Source: Octopus bimaculoides
Lineage: Eukaryota
DNA: 64,000 nucleotides
NCBI RefSeq assembly: GCF_001194135.2
Contig: NC_068984.1
Span: 500,254 to 564,253 of the forward strand
Direction: 5' to 3'
The notes under the pieces are model-generated. The model saw nothing but the letters and a program-made list of their open reading frames with translations, did no database searches and had not been told where the DNA came from. Position 1 is the stretch's first letter. Every line of letters begins with the position of its first letter. A program made the position numbers and the translations under genes. Below are positions 62,440 to 64,000 of the stretch, one piece after another.

Positions 62440-62643
62440 TAATCCTTTCTACTATAGGCAAAAGCGGGGAGGGGACGAGCCGATTACATCGACCCGAGTA
62501 CTCCACTAGTACTTAAATTATCGACCCCGAAACGATTAAAGGCAAAGTCGACCTCGGCGGAATTTGAACTCAGAACGTAGCGGCGGGAGGAATACCGTTA
62601 AGCATTTCGTCTAGCGCGCTAACGATTCTGCCAGCTCGCCGCC

Positions 62644-62644
<1 letters not shown>
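62440..62644 (-). mobile_element. SINE family B, well preserved, embedded in (TAA)n
   Basis: aaggcggcgagctggcagaatcgttagcgcgc...gagttcaaattccgccgaggtcgactttgcc...ggggtcgataatttaagtac. Confidence 0.9.
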
Positions 62645-62692
<48 letters not shown>

Positions 62693-62914
62693 TAATAATA
62701 ATAATAATAATAATTATTATTATTAATCTTAATGATAATGAACCATAAAACATTTTGTAGGTTAATTCATTCGGTAGTAATAATGATAAAGTTATTTTGA
62801 TTAAATTGGTTTAAGGGCGATGATTTAACATAAACGCTACACAGCATCAGAGTAAAATGCCTCATCTGAAGGCCATCCAATCAGTGCTTCTCTCCAAATT
62901 ACATTAGCATCATT

Positions 62915-63073
62915 TTGAGGGGTGTGTGGTTAAGAAACTCGCTTTGCAACCGTCTGATTTTACGTTCAGTATAAATGTGCGGCACATTGGGCAAGTGTAT
63001 TCTTACTATAGCCCCGGGCTAACCAAAGCCTTGCGAATGGATTTGGTTGACTGAAGCTGTATGGAAGCTCGTC

Positions 63074-63075
<2 letters not shown>
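62915..63075 (+). mobile_element. SINE family A 5' half ending at (TA)n
   Basis: gtgtgtggttaagaaactcgc...gggcaagtgtattcttactatagcc...gaagctcgtcgtatata. Confidence 0.8.
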
Positions 63076-63105
<30 letters not shown>

Positions 63106-64000
63106 CAATCAGTAATATGTACGAAGAAAATCACATCCTTACTTGAGATCACACCTTAGAAAGCCAATAATTGCTTCAATTGCATTACCACACACACACA
63201 CACACACACACATACATAATATAATTAAAATTTATAATATATACAAAAATTTATGTCAACACAACATTATCATGGTAATCCAAATGTGCGAATTTCTAAC
63301 TGATCATCTGAAAAATTTTTAGCTGTTAGACGCTAACAGAAACAAACGCCAAATTGAACTTTAGACATTCAGTCATTCAACCAAGGTGACGTCATTGAAC
63401 AACTAATTTAGTTTACAAAATAAAATACAAAAAATACCAAAAATCTACATGAAAAAAAAAAAAACCTAACGTAGAGAACGAGTATATTCATCTCCTAAAA
63501 TTGATGACGTCACTGGATATCTAAAGCACAAAACCTGCGGACAAGAATTTTACGTTATGCTTAACAGATAACTCAAGAAAAAAAGGCACGTAACGCTTAA
63601 TAGAAACTTCTTTGGTTAAGTCGTTATAATTAATTAACTAATTATTTATTTAATATAATGAAACATTCTAAAGGAATTAACCTGATTTTATAATAACTGA
63701 AGAATCATTATATTCAACAACGTATTTAACCACCGAGGAATCCCGACTCCAAAACGAAGGAACAATTGTTTTTAAGATAAGAATGATTTTAAAAAAATTA
63801 ATTATACGTTTTAATTTTATTTTCAAAATTTACATGATGGCGGAGTGAGGAGTCGATAAGTTTGTAAACGATCCCTGGGCTTATTTTATCGATCCCGAGA
63901 GGATGAAAGGCACTAGACGAAGGAAATCAGTGATACACACACACACACACACCATATATATATACATTCAAATACATTCACGTAATTATAAAATTATGAC

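Overview
AT-rich, gap-ridden eukaryotic sequence that looks like an octopus (coleoid cephalopod) genome. This is inferred from the tRNA-derived SINE families, the Dong/R4-like, RTE and Penelope retroelements, and the extreme microsatellite density with N-gaps mostly flanked by (TA)n. No host protein-coding gene was recognised. The ORF-track entries are transposon remnants, microsatellite read-throughs or N-gap artefacts. The window is a transposon graveyard: REL-endonuclease non-LTR elements, RTE/CR1 remnants, Penelope-like elements (PLEs), Tc1/mariner, MITEs/foldbacks and at least three SINE families. Most notable: (1) a full-length 5S rRNA copy joined to a SINE 3' tail and A12, wedged head-to-head against a truncated LINE; (2) head-to-tail stacks of REL LINE 3' ends separated by (TAA)n or by (CATA)n, suggesting microsatellite-targeted, self-regenerating insertion sites; (3) minimal hammerhead-ribozyme motifs in PLE terminal repeats, with a compensatory stem I change; (4) long foldback elements. 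Element boundaries are approximate unless TSDs or TIRs are quoted.
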